From Coleofasciculus chthonoplastes F2-STO-03 (GTDB lineage Bacteria; Cyanobacteriota; Cyanobacteriia; Cyanobacteriales; Coleofasciculaceae), in assembly GCA_040222015.1 (NCBI GenBank), contig JAVJWO010000030.1, positions 30,324 through 94,323 of the forward strand: a DNA stretch of 64,000 nt. Direction: 5' to 3'. Within the stretch, counting starts at the first letter, position 1. Every line of letters starts with the position of its first letter. The position numbers and the translations under genes were made by a program. The notes below the pieces were generated by a model. That model saw nothing but the letters and a program-made list of their open reading frames with translations, was not told the DNA's origin and ran no database searches. Of this stretch, positions 36,001 through 44,536 are shown in pieces.

Positions 36001-37090
36001 TTTGGGTATTGGCAATGGGGCGACCGATGGGAATCGGTTTGTCCGCCGATTCTACTTGATGCACGGTTGACCAGATTGTGGTTTCCGTCGGTCCGTACAT
36101 ATTCCACACAGAAGCACTGCGTTCTAGGAGTTGACGCGCCAATTCGCGAGACATGGGTTCTCCACCACAGAGAATTTTAAGCTGGGGATTTCCCTGCCAC
36201 CCTGCGGCTAACAGCATCCGCCAAGTGGCGGGGGTAGCTTGCATGACGGTAGCACCGGATTCTTGCAAAACTGGGATTAACTGAGTCGCATCGGCGGCGA
36301 CATCTCGCGTCACTAAGACAATATCAGCGCCAACGATTAAGGGTAAATAGAGTTCCAATCCGGCGATGTCGAAGCAGATGGTAGTTACAGCCAGCAGAGT
36401 GTCATCGGGAGTGAGTCCAGGGGCGACACTCATTGAGGTGAGGAAATTTACTACCCCACGATGCAGCAATTGGACGCCTTTGGGTTTCCCGGTTGAACCG
36501 GAGGTATAAATCGTGTAGGCTAAATTGTCGGGGGTGACACCACTGTCTAAATTCTCTGGACTATGTTTAGCAATTGCCTGTTGATCTCTATCTAAGCAAA
36601 CGACTTGGACTTGGGTGTCGGGTAATCTTATGAGTTGGTCTTGTTCGGTGACGATGACAGAGACTTGGGAATCCTCAATCATTAACGCTAATCGTTCTTG
36701 GGGATAGGCGGGATCAAGGGGAATATAAGCGCCCCCGGCTTTGAGAATTCCTAATAAACCAACGACCATATCCAGCGATCGCTCTAGACAAATTCCCACC
36801 AGTACATCGGGTCTAACTTGGAGGGTTTGTAAGTAGTGGGCAACTTGGTTGGCGCGGCGGTTCAACTCCCGATAGGTTAGGGTTTGATCCTCAAAGCGAA
36901 TCGCGATTTTGTCGGGTGTGCGATCGCTCGCTTGTTCAATTAACTGATGAATACAGTAATCGGCTGGATAGTAGGTTTGGGTTTGATTTAACTGTTCAAG
37001 TCGCTGCTGTAATTCACGTTTTTTGCTTGTATCAGGAACACCGTGGAATTGCTCAATTTCTAATGATGATTGAAAGGAACGCTCTATCAT
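33038..37090 (-). CDS. Stand-alone NRPS-like A(PilZ-interrupted)-T-R reductase, predicted glycine-activating
   Basis: [44 protein letters not shown], then about 310 aa of three PilZ-like repeats, then LPTYMVP and [18 protein letters not shown]; R domain TGASGFLG and GYAQSKW; no condensation domain. Confidence 0.93.
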   Translation of the reverse strand: [1350 protein letters not shown]

Positions 37091-37651
37091 AATTTCCCCT
37101 TGGAACAGGTTTACAGTGGTCTTTTTTGAGGGGTAATTCGGTGATGCACCACTAAAAATCTAGCTATTCGCTGTTGTTTTATTTGATAGAGGGGTCAATT
37201 TTTTTAGTGTCACCTACTTATTTCCCTTGCCCTAATTTAATTCGGCAATTTGGTTGATCAAGTACATCGTCAAATCATTGATCAATAGTACGTTTATCCG
37301 AGTATAGGATCTTTGGTACTCAAGGGGGATAAAACTCTAGTCAGAAATCCGATGAATAGTGGATTTTGCATGATATTAGCTGGTTTTTGCCCGTTACTCT
37401 CAAAATTAGATAGGATTAGAAAACTCTCAAAAAATTAACTCGCTAAATTGTTTCTGGCTAGAGGGCTACAACCGGAATATTTTGTGCTTGACAATTGTAG
37501 ATGCACCCCCATAATCCTTCTCCATCACTAGAGCATAAATAATATAAACTCTTGAATTTCCTAGACAATGGTCTCAAGACGTCATCAATTTCTTCTGCCA
37601 TAGCGATACCAGAGGGATAGAGTATCTGTCACGGTTGAGTTAGTCGGCTTT

Positions 37652-37667
37652 TGTATCCTGTAATACA
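37652..37667. promoter_or_regulatory. Putative NtcA binding site
   Basis: TGTATCCTGTAATACA = TGTA-N8-TACA, about 560 bp upstream of the NRPS-like gene; no -10 box at the canonical 22-23 nt spacing. Confidence 0.5.
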
Positions 37668-37898
37668 GTCGTATGACTTGTATTTTTCTCTGTTTGTATA
37701 ATATTCTAATCCTCTCCTCTGATCAACAAGATGAGGCAAACTTTACTAAGTCTTTAAAATGAGCATCAATTCTTGATGAAGTTTTTAACGCTTGAGGGTA
37801 TAGTGATCCACTGGCGTCAATAATGTATCTTAACTTAACAAAAATAGAATAAATGAAATAAACAATAATGTTTCTCAAACAAATAGAGACACCCTAGC

Positions 37899-37948
37899 TA
37901 GGGGTGTAGGGTGTAGGGTGTAGGGTGTAGGGTGTAGGGTGTAGGGTA
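37899..37948. repeat. Heptamer tandem repeat (TAGGGTG)n
   Basis: About 7 copies immediately before the four-helix-bundle fragment. Confidence 0.9.
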
Positions 37949-37961
37949 TGGAGATTCGCCA

Positions 37962-38170
37962 GTGCAGTCTTATCGGGATTTACGGGTTTGGCAAGAGGCA
38001 ATGAATTTAGCTGAAGCTTGCTACCGAGGAACAAGAATATTTCCCAAAGAAGAACTTTATGGCATGATTGCCCAAATCCGTAGAGCAGCCGCGTCGATTC
38101 CTGCTAACATTGCCGAAGGTTACGGGCGACGAACTCGGGGAGAATATATCCAGTTTTTGTACATAGCCCA
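37962..38170 (+). pseudogene. Truncated four helix bundle (23S rRNA IVP / bAvd-like) gene
   Basis: SYRDLRVWQ..FPKEELYG..QIRRAAASIPANIAEGYGR..FLYIA; similarity then stops and the frame runs antisense into the permease. Confidence 0.85.
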
Positions 38171-38181
38171 CACCCCAATTC

Positions 38182-39630
38182 TCACTCCTGATACCCCGTT
38201 AATCCTAGCGCCGCCGCTTCTTCCGGGGCTTGAGCCACCAGTCGATTGCTGCGAAACACTAAAAAATAGACACTTGCCACAATCAGCGCTACGCCAATCC
38301 CCCAAACACCGCCTCGGTAATCAGGGATAGAAATACAAGCAACTAGGGCAAATGTGGCTAAAGCCAAACCCACAAATGCTCCCGCTGTTCCCAATGGACT
38401 TTCGTAGGGTTTCGGTAAATAGGGATTCCCTTTTAGCTTCATGTAGCTAACCATGACCAAAATATAGGAAATTAATGCCCCAAACACCGCCATATTCAAA
38501 ATCACAGCATCGACAGTTTGAATACCGATACTCACCAGTAGCACACAGATAAATCCAATCGTCGCCCCGGCAATTAATGCCCGATGGGGGGTATGATTTT
38601 TACTTGTGACTGATAACCAGCGGGGAAAGTACCCAGCACGGGATAGGGAGAAAATAATCCGTCCGTAAGCAAACATATTACCGTGAAGACTGGCAATTAA
38701 ACCACAAATCAGCGCCAGTGCTGTGACAATGGTACTGGTTGCGCCTGCGCCAAAGTAAGCCTCTAACCCATCTTGTAGGGGAGCATCGGATTGCCCAATC
38801 GCCACTGCGCCCCCGCCAACACCAGAGTTAATCACTACGGTGAAAATTGACAAAATAATCAGGGTAACCATGCCAGAAATCATTCCCGCTGGCATATTTC
38901 GAGGCACATCATCGGTTTCCTCTGCCGTCATCGGTAATTGTTCAATCGCCAGATACAACCATATTGCAAAAGGAATCGCGCCAAACACTCCAAACCAGCC
39001 ATTGGGTAACCAGGTTTCTGATTGTCCCGGTTCAGCCGGAATATTAAACAGCAGGTCAAAATTGAATTCACCCGATACCAGCATACTCACATAGAAGATG
39101 CTTAATACCGTTATCGCGATGATGGTTAGCCAAAGACAGACTGTCACACTCAGTTCAAACCCTCGGATATTAATTGCCAAAAAAACAGCGTAGGCAAATA
39201 CCCAGATAAAAAAGCTGGGCAGATTGGGAAATAAGGGCTTGAGGTAATTGCTCAAACTGAACACCAGCGCCGCATTTGCGAGGACATATTCAATCGTGAC
39301 GGTAACCCCACAAATAAAACCCCAAAAAGGACCGAGGGCATAACGGGTGAACGAATAGAATCCGCCCGCATGGGGGAGGGCGGCTGAGAGTTCAGCACTG
39401 CTATAGACTAAACAGAGATACATAATTGCCATTAAGACAGCGGCAATACTAAACCCCCAGAATCCTCCGGAGGCTAAACCATAGTTCCAACCATAGAAAT
39501 CACCTGAGATAACAGCGCCAACTCCTAAACCCCATAAGAGTAAACTACCCGCATTTCCTTGAAGTTGTCGCCGTCTGATATAACCATTATTTACTGTTTC
39601 GTAAGTAGCAATACCTTGAGAATGTTGCAT
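38182..39630 (-). CDS. APC-family amino acid/amine permease, ethanolamine permease (Eat)-like
   Basis: YIRRRQL..LLWGLGVGAVISGDFYGWNYGL, LPHAGG, AIWLYLAIEQLPMTAEE, C-terminal RLVAQAPEE; about 12 TM; GAGG RBS. Confidence 0.88.
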   Translation of the reverse strand: MQHSQGIATYETVNNGYIRRRQLQGNAGSLLLWGLGVGAVISGDFYGWNYGLASGGFWGFSIAAVLMAIMYLCLVYSSAELSAALPHAGGFYSFTRYALGPFWGFICGVTVTIEYVLANAALVFSLSNYLKPLFPNLPSFFIWVFAYAVFLAINIRGFELSVTVCLWLTIIAITVLSIFYVSMLVSGEFNFDLLFNIPAEPGQSETWLPNGWFGVFGAIPFAIWLYLAIEQLPMTAEETDDVPRNMPAGMISGMVTLIILSIFTVVINSGVGGGAVAIGQSDAPLQDGLEAYFGAGATSTIVTALALICGLIASLHGNMFAYGRIIFSLSRAGYFPRWLSVTSKNHTPHRALIAGATIGFICVLLVSIGIQTVDAVILNMAVFGALISYILVMVSYMKLKGNPYLPKPYESPLGTAGAFVGLALATFALVACISIPDYRGGVWGIGVALIVASVYFLVFRSNRLVAQAPEEAAALGLTGYQE

Positions 39631-40231
39631 CGATAAACCTTATCCTCAACTGTTTACCTTGCACCCCAATAACCATTCATTCAGCTCAAACCTTTGGTCG
39701 GTTAAGCTCACCAGATTGGGCGACGTTTCCTGACCTCTTTTCCCCAGTTGAGAGGAAAAACGGATGCCGCCCGTTCATTGCTGATTGCTAGTGGTTGATT
39801 GCCATGAACCATCAACCATGAACCTCCGAAGGAGTACTCTGTAGTTCTTTGACAGCATCATTCCCTCATTCAGCAAATCGTAATACAGATCCGGATTAAC
39901 GGCTGAGCTAGTTTAACGACTGATACAAAAGCGTTCCCTTTAAAAAACTTGATCAAAGTGTATTACACAAATCCTAGACTTGGATCGTCAGTTGTATGAC
40001 GGTTTGGTCGTAAGTGAGGTACACAGATCCCCGACTTCTTAAAGAAGTCGGGGATCTGGCTGGAATCGACTATATTTCATCAACCACGAAATAAACTGTA
40101 AAATTAGCGTCGCCAGAGTAAAAAGATACTGTAAAAACAGTTTAAAAATTGGCGGAAATTATTTTATTTTTTCCATTTATGTTTTGCGTCTGTTATAGTT
40201 CAAAAATAATGGTTATGCTGTGGCTAAGTGT

Positions 40232-43144
40232 ATGAATAGTTTCCAAGATGCGTTTATTTCTTACGGACGAGCAGACAGTAAAGCTTTCGCCACCAAGCTG
40301 TACCAACGACTAATTGAAGCCGAATTCAAGATTTGGTTTGACCAAAACGATATTCCTCTCGGCGTCGATTTTCAAAATCAAATTGACGATGGTTTGGAGA
40401 AGTCAGATAACTTCTTATTCATTATTGCGCCGCATTCGGTGAACTCACCCTATTGTGGTAAAGAAATAGAGTTAGCGATTAAACGCAACAAACGGATTAT
40501 TCCTTTATTGCATGTTGAACAGATTAGCCGAGAAACCTGGCAACAGCGTAATCCCAATGGAACGGATGAGGCGTGGGAGGCTTATAAAGCTAAGGGGCTA
40601 CATTCGAGCTTCCCCAATATGCATCCCCTGATTGGTAAAATTAACTGGGTGTATTTCCGGGAAGGAATTGATGACTTTGAAACCTCTTTAGTCGGTTTGC
40701 TGGAGTTGTTGAAAAGACATGGAGATTACGTCAGACAGCATACTCAATTTTTAGCCAAAGCCCTAGACTGGGAAAAACACCAAAAACAATCGCGCTACTT
40801 ACTGGTTGGGGAAGAGCGCGTGAAAGCAGAATCCTGGTTAAGGGTGCGCTTTGAGACTGAGCAGCCGCCTTGTATTCCCACGGATTTGCACTGTGAGTAT
40901 ATTGGCGAAAGCACCAAGAATGCTAACAACCTGATGACGCAGGTGTTTGTCTCCTACTCGGAGAAAAATAAAAGCGTCATGGAGAAGGTGGTAAAAACGC
41001 TGCGGCGAGAGGGAATCACGATTTGGACGAATAAGACGGATATTAAAACCGGTAAAGATTTCCAAGCGCAAATCGATAACGGCATCGAAGCGGCGGATAA
41101 TTTTATTTATTTAATCTCAAAAGTTTTATTAGTCAAAGCCCTGAAATGGCAGCAGCAAAATCGTAATCCCAGTATTTTATTGCGCGGGTACAATTTACAG
41201 CAGGCTCAAAATTGGCTCAAAATAGCCAAACAGCGCCGGGAACACCCCCCGTTACCCGTGCATGAAGCGTTTATTAATGAAAGCAGTCAGCAACCGCCTG
41301 ACACCTCCATCGATGTGTTCGTTTCCTACTCCCGTACCGATTCCGATTTTACCCGTCGCTTAAATGAGGCGCTGCAAGTTCAGGGAAAAACCACCTGGTT
41401 TGATCAGGAAAGTATTGCGTCAGGGAGTGATTTTCAGCAGGAAATTTATCGGGGGATTGAAGGGTCTAATATTTTTCTATTTATTATCTCCCCCAGTTCG
41501 GTTAATTCGCCTTACTGTGCTGATGAGGTGGAGTATGCGGTGAAGATGAACAAGCGAGTGGTAACGGTACTGTATCGGGAGGTGCCAACCGATCAACTCC
41601 ACCCGATTATGGCAAGTGTTCAGTGGATTAATTTTAACAAGAATGGGGGAGATTTTTATGCGAATTTCAGTGAATTAGTCAGGGCGTTAGATACAGATCG
41701 GGAACATTTACAGGTGCATACACGCTTACTGGCGCGGGCGCTGGAGTGGGACAGGGAAGGGCGTGATCCCAGTTTTTTGCTGCGGGGGAAGGATTTAGAA
41801 ACCTCAGAACAATGGCTTAAGCAAGCAGCGGATAAGGAACCGAAACCGACTGAACTTCAGAAACAGTACATTACAATTAGCCGCAAATCTCCCTTCCGTA
41901 AACCTAAACGTAGTACTGTATTGTTAGGCAGTTTGGCGGCGTCAGTTTTGGTGATGGGAGTGCGTTTTTTGGGACTTTTACAGCCCGTTGAATTGGCGGC
42001 TTATGGTCATTTTATGCGCCTGCGCTCCAGTGAACTTCAAGATGATCGTTTTGTGATTGTGGAAGTTACGGATGACGATATTAATAATGTTTTGCTGAAA
42101 GAGTATGAAGGGGGAAAAGGAACCATACCTGATGCGGCGCTTAACGATATTTTGGAGAAATTGGCACCGTATCAACCGCAGTTGATTGGGTTAGATGTGA
42201 TCCGCGATTTCCAAGTGCAGTCTGATCAGAAAGAATTAGCGACTCGTTTGGAACAAGATAACCGTCTGATTGGGGTGTGTAAGTTGAGTTATGAGGAGAA
42301 ACAGGGCACTATCCCGCCGCCGGAAATTCCCGAAGCCCAACTGTCAGAACGGGTGGGTTTCAGTGATTTAGTCCAATATGGTAATTCAGTAGTACGTCGC
42401 CATTTATTGGTTCATGCACCCGACGAAACTTGCCCAATCATGAGTGCATTTAGTCTCGCGATCGCACGTCGTTATTTAGAGGCTGAGGGTCAGGTGTACA
42501 AACCGCCGTTTAGTCCGGAGGGAGAGTATTTACAGCCACTGCAATTTGGCAGTACGATTTTTCCTTCCTTAGGTGCGTTTTCTGGCGGGTATCAAGGGCA
42601 ATCTGATGCTAACAGTACCTATCAACTTTTACTGAATTACCGTTCACATCAGGGTGATCCCCGGCAATTTGCGCCACGAGTAACCTTGACACAAGTTCTG
42701 GAGAATCAGCTTTCTGAAGCCGATGTGAAAGACCGAATTGTGATGATCGGGATTACGGCGAGAACCAGTGTCAATGATTATTTTTCTACACCCTACGGTG
42801 AAATTGCTGGTGTCGTTCTTCAGGCGCAGATGGCGAGTCAAATTATCAGTGCGGTTCTCGATGGACGAATGCTGATTTGGTGGTTGCCATTTTGGGGCGA
42901 TGTGCTGTGGATTTTGGGTTGGTCATTGGTTGGTGGTGTGATTGTTTGGCGCTTCCAGCAACCTTTATATATTGGTTTAGCAGGGGGGGTTGGTTTAATT
43001 GTTTTGTACGGCACTTGTTACGTGATGTTCAATGCTTTGGGAGGTTGGATACTGTTAGTTCCACCAGCGTTGGCTTTGTTGGCGACAAAAGGGATTGTCC
43101 TATATGTGACTTCCATGCCAACAGGATCGCGTTTTAAATTTTAG
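40232..43144 (+). CDS. TIR-TIR(partial)-TIR-TM-CHASE2 membrane protein
   Basis: AFISYGRADS..CGKEIE; VFVSYSEKN (truncated); VFVSYSRTDS..CADEVE; then LQPVELAAY, IGLDVIRD, VGFSD..VRRHLL, GVVLQAQMASQIIS and three TM helices; ATG at 40232 (GTG at 40220 possible). Confidence 0.9.
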   Translation: MNSFQDAFISYGRADSKAFATKLYQRLIEAEFKIWFDQNDIPLGVDFQNQIDDGLEKSDNFLFIIAPHSVNSPYCGKEIELAIKRNKRIIPLLHVEQISRETWQQRNPNGTDEAWEAYKAKGLHSSFPNMHPLIGKINWVYFREGIDDFETSLVGLLELLKRHGDYVRQHTQFLAKALDWEKHQKQSRYLLVGEERVKAESWLRVRFETEQPPCIPTDLHCEYIGESTKNANNLMTQVFVSYSEKNKSVMEKVVKTLRREGITIWTNKTDIKTGKDFQAQIDNGIEAADNFIYLISKVLLVKALKWQQQNRNPSILLRGYNLQQAQNWLKIAKQRREHPPLPVHEAFINESSQQPPDTSIDVFVSYSRTDSDFTRRLNEALQVQGKTTWFDQESIASGSDFQQEIYRGIEGSNIFLFIISPSSVNSPYCADEVEYAVKMNKRVVTVLYREVPTDQLHPIMASVQWINFNKNGGDFYANFSELVRALDTDREHLQVHTRLLARALEWDREGRDPSFLLRGKDLETSEQWLKQAADKEPKPTELQKQYITISRKSPFRKPKRSTVLLGSLAASVLVMGVRFLGLLQPVELAAYGHFMRLRSSELQDDRFVIVEVTDDDINNVLLKEYEGGKGTIPDAALNDILEKLAPYQPQLIGLDVIRDFQVQSDQKELATRLEQDNRLIGVCKLSYEEKQGTIPPPEIPEAQLSERVGFSDLVQYGNSVVRRHLLVHAPDETCPIMSAFSLAIARRYLEAEGQVYKPPFSPEGEYLQPLQFGSTIFPSLGAFSGGYQGQSDANSTYQLLLNYRSHQGDPRQFAPRVTLTQVLENQLSEADVKDRIVMIGITARTSVNDYFSTPYGEIAGVVLQAQMASQIISAVLDGRMLIWWLPFWGDVLWILGWSLVGGVIVWRFQQPLYIGLAGGVGLIVLYGTCYVMFNALGGWILLVPPALALLATKGIVLYVTSMPTGSRFKF

Positions 43145-43639
43145 GTTAACCTGTAGGGTGGGTTAGGCGGTACTTAATTGATGAAACCAAACATTTAATA
43201 ATATATACGCCGTAACCCACCAATTTACCATTTGCTGGCGTCGCGACATTGGCAGGCACTCCTTTTTCAGACCTGGGAACGAGGCTACCTGGAAGCTGAC
43301 ATGCTCCCCAAAAGTTCTAGTGCAAGAAAGCAGAAATAACTGAACAGCTAATATCTCCCCCAGCTTCCCCAGCTCCCTCTGCTCCCCCTGCTTCATCGTA
43401 TCTACGAAGCGGCTCTTGTATTTTTGCCGCGCTGCACTAGGACGTCGGGTCGCGATCGCAACATTCTACACCATCCCTTGCAACCCTTTATTCCTCAAAG
43501 GATACAATAATTTAAATACTCTTTATGTAGATAAATGGTTCTTTATAATTAAAGCTAGTATCGTGATAATAAGAGGACAAAAAACTCAAAACTATCCATT
43601 TTTTAGTATTTACAGTAAACACTATTTCAGGTATCGACA

Positions 43640-44413
43640 ATGAAAATTAAATCACTTGCCGGACAAATCTTATTAGTTAGCGCTCTCACCTTCCCCTTAG
43701 TTGATTCTGTAATTAACCCACCCCAAGTGCAGGCGCAATCAGTCACTCAGCGGATCGGGTCGCTCTTTTCATCCCAGAAAAAGTTGGGAACCGCATCGGG
43801 TCGTTCTAGAGGTGGGGCGATTAGGGGGGAATGTCCAGCCGCGGTAGATAAATCCATTATTGCCCTGGGACCAGAAAATAATTTAGGGTCAACCCTTAAA
43901 GCAGATCCGACTTTATTATTTTATATGCCTTATGCCCAATCTATGGGTGTTAAATATGGTAGATTTGTCCTCTTGGATGAAGCCGGAAATTTTGTATTGC
44001 AACAACCGTTTTTTGTGGAACTTCCTGAAAATCCCGGCATTGTTAGATTTACCCCACCCACGACTGAATCGGTTGGGGCAAATGAGAAATCTATAGAAGT
44101 GGGTAAGCGGTATCAGTGGGTCTTTTCCGTTATTTGCAATTTCAAACAACCAGCGGGTAATCCCACTGTCAGTGGCTGGATTCAACGGGTTGCACCCAGT
44201 CCTGAATTGGAGAATCAGCTTGAGCAAGAGTCTGCAGACACAGACTATTTAACGTACCTCAATCATGGCATTTGGTATGAGGCAATTAACCAACTTGCCC
44301 AAAACCGGGATGCCTATTCAGAGGATTGGGCTGGGCTATTAAACCACTATGATTTATCTGAGTTTACTCAAAGTTCGATTGGTGAATTGCGTCCTGTCAC
44401 CGCAGGAAATTAA
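43640..44413 (+). CDS. DUF928 family secreted protein
   Basis: Signal peptide, GGAIRGEC, PTLLFYMPY, YQWVFSVIC, GWIQRV, GIWYEA. Confidence 0.92.
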   Translation: MKIKSLAGQILLVSALTFPLVDSVINPPQVQAQSVTQRIGSLFSSQKKLGTASGRSRGGAIRGECPAAVDKSIIALGPENNLGSTLKADPTLLFYMPYAQSMGVKYGRFVLLDEAGNFVLQQPFFVELPENPGIVRFTPPTTESVGANEKSIEVGKRYQWVFSVICNFKQPAGNPTVSGWIQRVAPSPELENQLEQESADTDYLTYLNHGIWYEAINQLAQNRDAYSEDWAGLLNHYDLSEFTQSSIGELRPVTAGN

Positions 44414-44536
44414 GAACTTGTCACGTTTTCAGGTCAATGAATGCCATTGAGGGCGACCCGACAATAGTTATCAGAATGTTCACATCATTTTGTACAGCGG
44501 TCGCCCCTATTATTGACATAAAAAAACAAATGACAA

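Noticed and set aside
37962..38330. Diversity-generating retroelement suggested by the Avd-like four-helix bundle
   Set aside because: No reverse transcriptase and no TR/VR pair with adenine-specific mismatches seen; the gene is truncated
39870..39890. NtcA-activated promoter for the permease
   Set aside because: Only an imperfect GTA-N8-TGC site, with no -10 box at the expected spacing
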